A DNA stretch of 64,000 bases from Amphiscolops sp. MND2022 (taxonomy: Eukaryota), in assembly GCA_964187785.1 (NCBI GenBank), contig OZ076409.1, forward strand, positions 64,420,001-64,484,000. Direction: 5' to 3'. A program made the position numbers and the translations under genes. The stretch's first letter is position 1. Each line of letters opens with the position of its first letter. Below are positions 62,358 through 64,000 of the stretch, piece after piece. The notes under the pieces were generated by a model. That model searched no databases. It saw only the letters and a list, made by a program, of their open reading frames with translations, and had not been told where the DNA came from.

Positions 62358-62855
62358 AACAAGACGGGAACGTCTAAAGTCGGCGCTATATCTAAGGCTC
62401 AAAAAGCGCAAAAGACTTTTTAAAAAAAACTTGAAATTTTTGATTTTTTTCTTTTAGAAAATAGAAAATGTCGCATAGTGCCGAAAAATGTAAAAGGGGG
62501 GACCCTTGGGCTTTTTTAACATATATTCTGTTGCAAAATATCAAAAAACTTGAAAGGGGGACTCTTTTGAGACATTAAAAAATTTTCGAAAAAAGTCGCA
62601 CAGTCCCGAAAAAAATTGAAAGGGGACCCTTTAGTCTCTTCTGGTCTTGTAGGTTACGTAAAAAAGGTTAAAAATGAAAGGGGGGACCCTTTGCACTAAG
62701 TTTGCATTGGCCGGACTTGGCCTGAGTAGTTTTATCAGTTTCTGTAAAAAGTGGTACATACGCGATGAGGTCTGTGGTCTGACGAAAAAAAGAAATAAAA
62801 AAACTAGCCACTGTAAGAGTCGGGCACTTTTCACTAGAAAAGCGCCGACTAAAAA
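62358..62855 (-). mobile_element. HINE/DINE-1-like non-autonomous Helentron element
   Basis: Subterminal inverted repeats AGTCGGCGCT (62378-62387) / AGCGCCGACT (62841-62850), partial IR AGTCGGGCAC next to one subTIR, terminal stem-loop AGACG-GGAA-CGTCT, A/T-run ends, no evident TSD. Confidence 0.75.
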
Positions 62856-64000
62856 TACGTGTAGATAATCCAAATAGCAAGATGATGTTTTGCGGGTTGA
62901 ACTCTTCGTTACCAGGCCGAATCTTTCATTTTCAATCAGTACTTCTGTGTCGTTGAATCCAGCCAGCATTTACACGACTTTAAGTTTTTCACGACTCATT
63001 TCCTCGAGTGCTGTCCTGGGATAATAAACGGATGAAGCACCATTCCCGTTTTCACTGGGTGCGATGATGAAATGAACCCAAACAATGTACCCAAACAAGA
63101 TTTGATTAGTTTTTGGAATGATCTTTCATAGGAAACTCCATCGAGGAATTGCGAAGTTCAGATGATTTGGAGTTGCGCTGTTAACAGGTACTAGACATTT
63201 TACGTCTAGATTACTTCAACGTTACGTGACTTGAAATCTACCACACTTCCCAGTTTGAAAGTTTGAAACACATTCAACAAATTGGGACATAAAAACACAC
63301 TCGGTTGATTATTAATATTCAACTAACACTGTATATATAATAAAACTCGTGCAAATAAAATAACTCAAAACAAATCTTGATGATAAAAGTTGTTTTACGT
63401 GTTTCTTTACTTTCAGTTTCACTACTTTTTCTCTTCCATAGTCTGTTCTGTCGACGGTAGTCACCATTATGTTGTTACCCAACCAGTTGGGTTTGCCAGT
63501 TTTCGTTCCAAATCGCGTCTTTCATTTCCCCACCCTTCATCGCTTGTTGTTTTTTAACTCTTCCGCTAATACCATTTTCATGTTCTTGTCTTTTTTCTTC
63601 TTCTTCCAACTTTTCTTCGTCTCTAGTTTCTTCCACGGTTGGCTTCGATGGTTCTGATGTTTTTGGCTCGATTTCAGCTTCTACTTCTTAGTACGACTCC
63701 TCGATCGGCTCTTCGCTGTCATCACTTTCATTAAAATTGACATTTCTCAATACTTTTCCATTTTCATCGGATGTGCTTTCTTCTCTTGTTTGGCGCTTTT
63801 GCATTGCTTGTAGCTTCTTTATGTTTTCATTTCCTTCTCTTTTTTTGACTTTTTGTGTCCTCGTTCTTTTTAATGACCATATTTCTTTCTAACACAACGA
63901 CGATTCTCCCTTGATGATCAATGCAACTGGCATCAAAGCGAGATAATCGATGCAATGAAAGTCACTACTGAATGTGAAACGTCCAATTGAATCGATGCTA

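Noticed and set aside
63400..64000. Lys/Glu-rich minus-strand stretch ending KTGKPNWFG/NNIMVTTV, possibly an LTR-element tail
   Set aside because: No catalytic motif or LTR visible inside the window.

Overview
AT-rich eukaryotic (animal-like) genomic DNA dominated by repeats; no prokaryotic operons, rRNA, tRNA or CRISPR were recognised. (1) 1-13 kb: a spliced minus-strand gene reconstructed by eye, encoding signal peptide + galactose-binding/F-type-lectin-like domain + Thr-rich mucin linker + second similar domain. Its introns hold an internally deleted hAT, Tc1/mariner-type MITEs and a 190-bp palindrome. (2) 15-23 kb: Helentron/HINE-like repeats, a decayed LINE, a perfect 84-bp palindrome and exons of a plus-strand gene. 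(3) 23.3-59 kb: a three-level nest. A ~592-bp satellite array is interrupted by a large Ty3/Gypsy LTR element (23769-49251, 283-bp LTRs, TSD GCAG), which is itself interrupted by a BEL/Pao element (32283-40499, minus strand, TSD TCGGT). The Gypsy element is ~17.3 kb without the BEL even though its RT core is deleted. It carries a decayed env-like gene whose motifs resemble chuvirus G/herpes gB-type (class III) fusogens rather than the baculovirus-F env of insect errantiviruses, plus several unexplained accessory ORFs; this is the best candidate for a little-described endogenous retrovirus-like lineage. The nested BEL has more diverged LTRs (~6-7%) than its host (~3%), inverting the expected age order. 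(4) 59-64 kb: a coiled-coil exon, a HINE and retroelement debris. All protein assignments are motif recognition by eye, not database searches.
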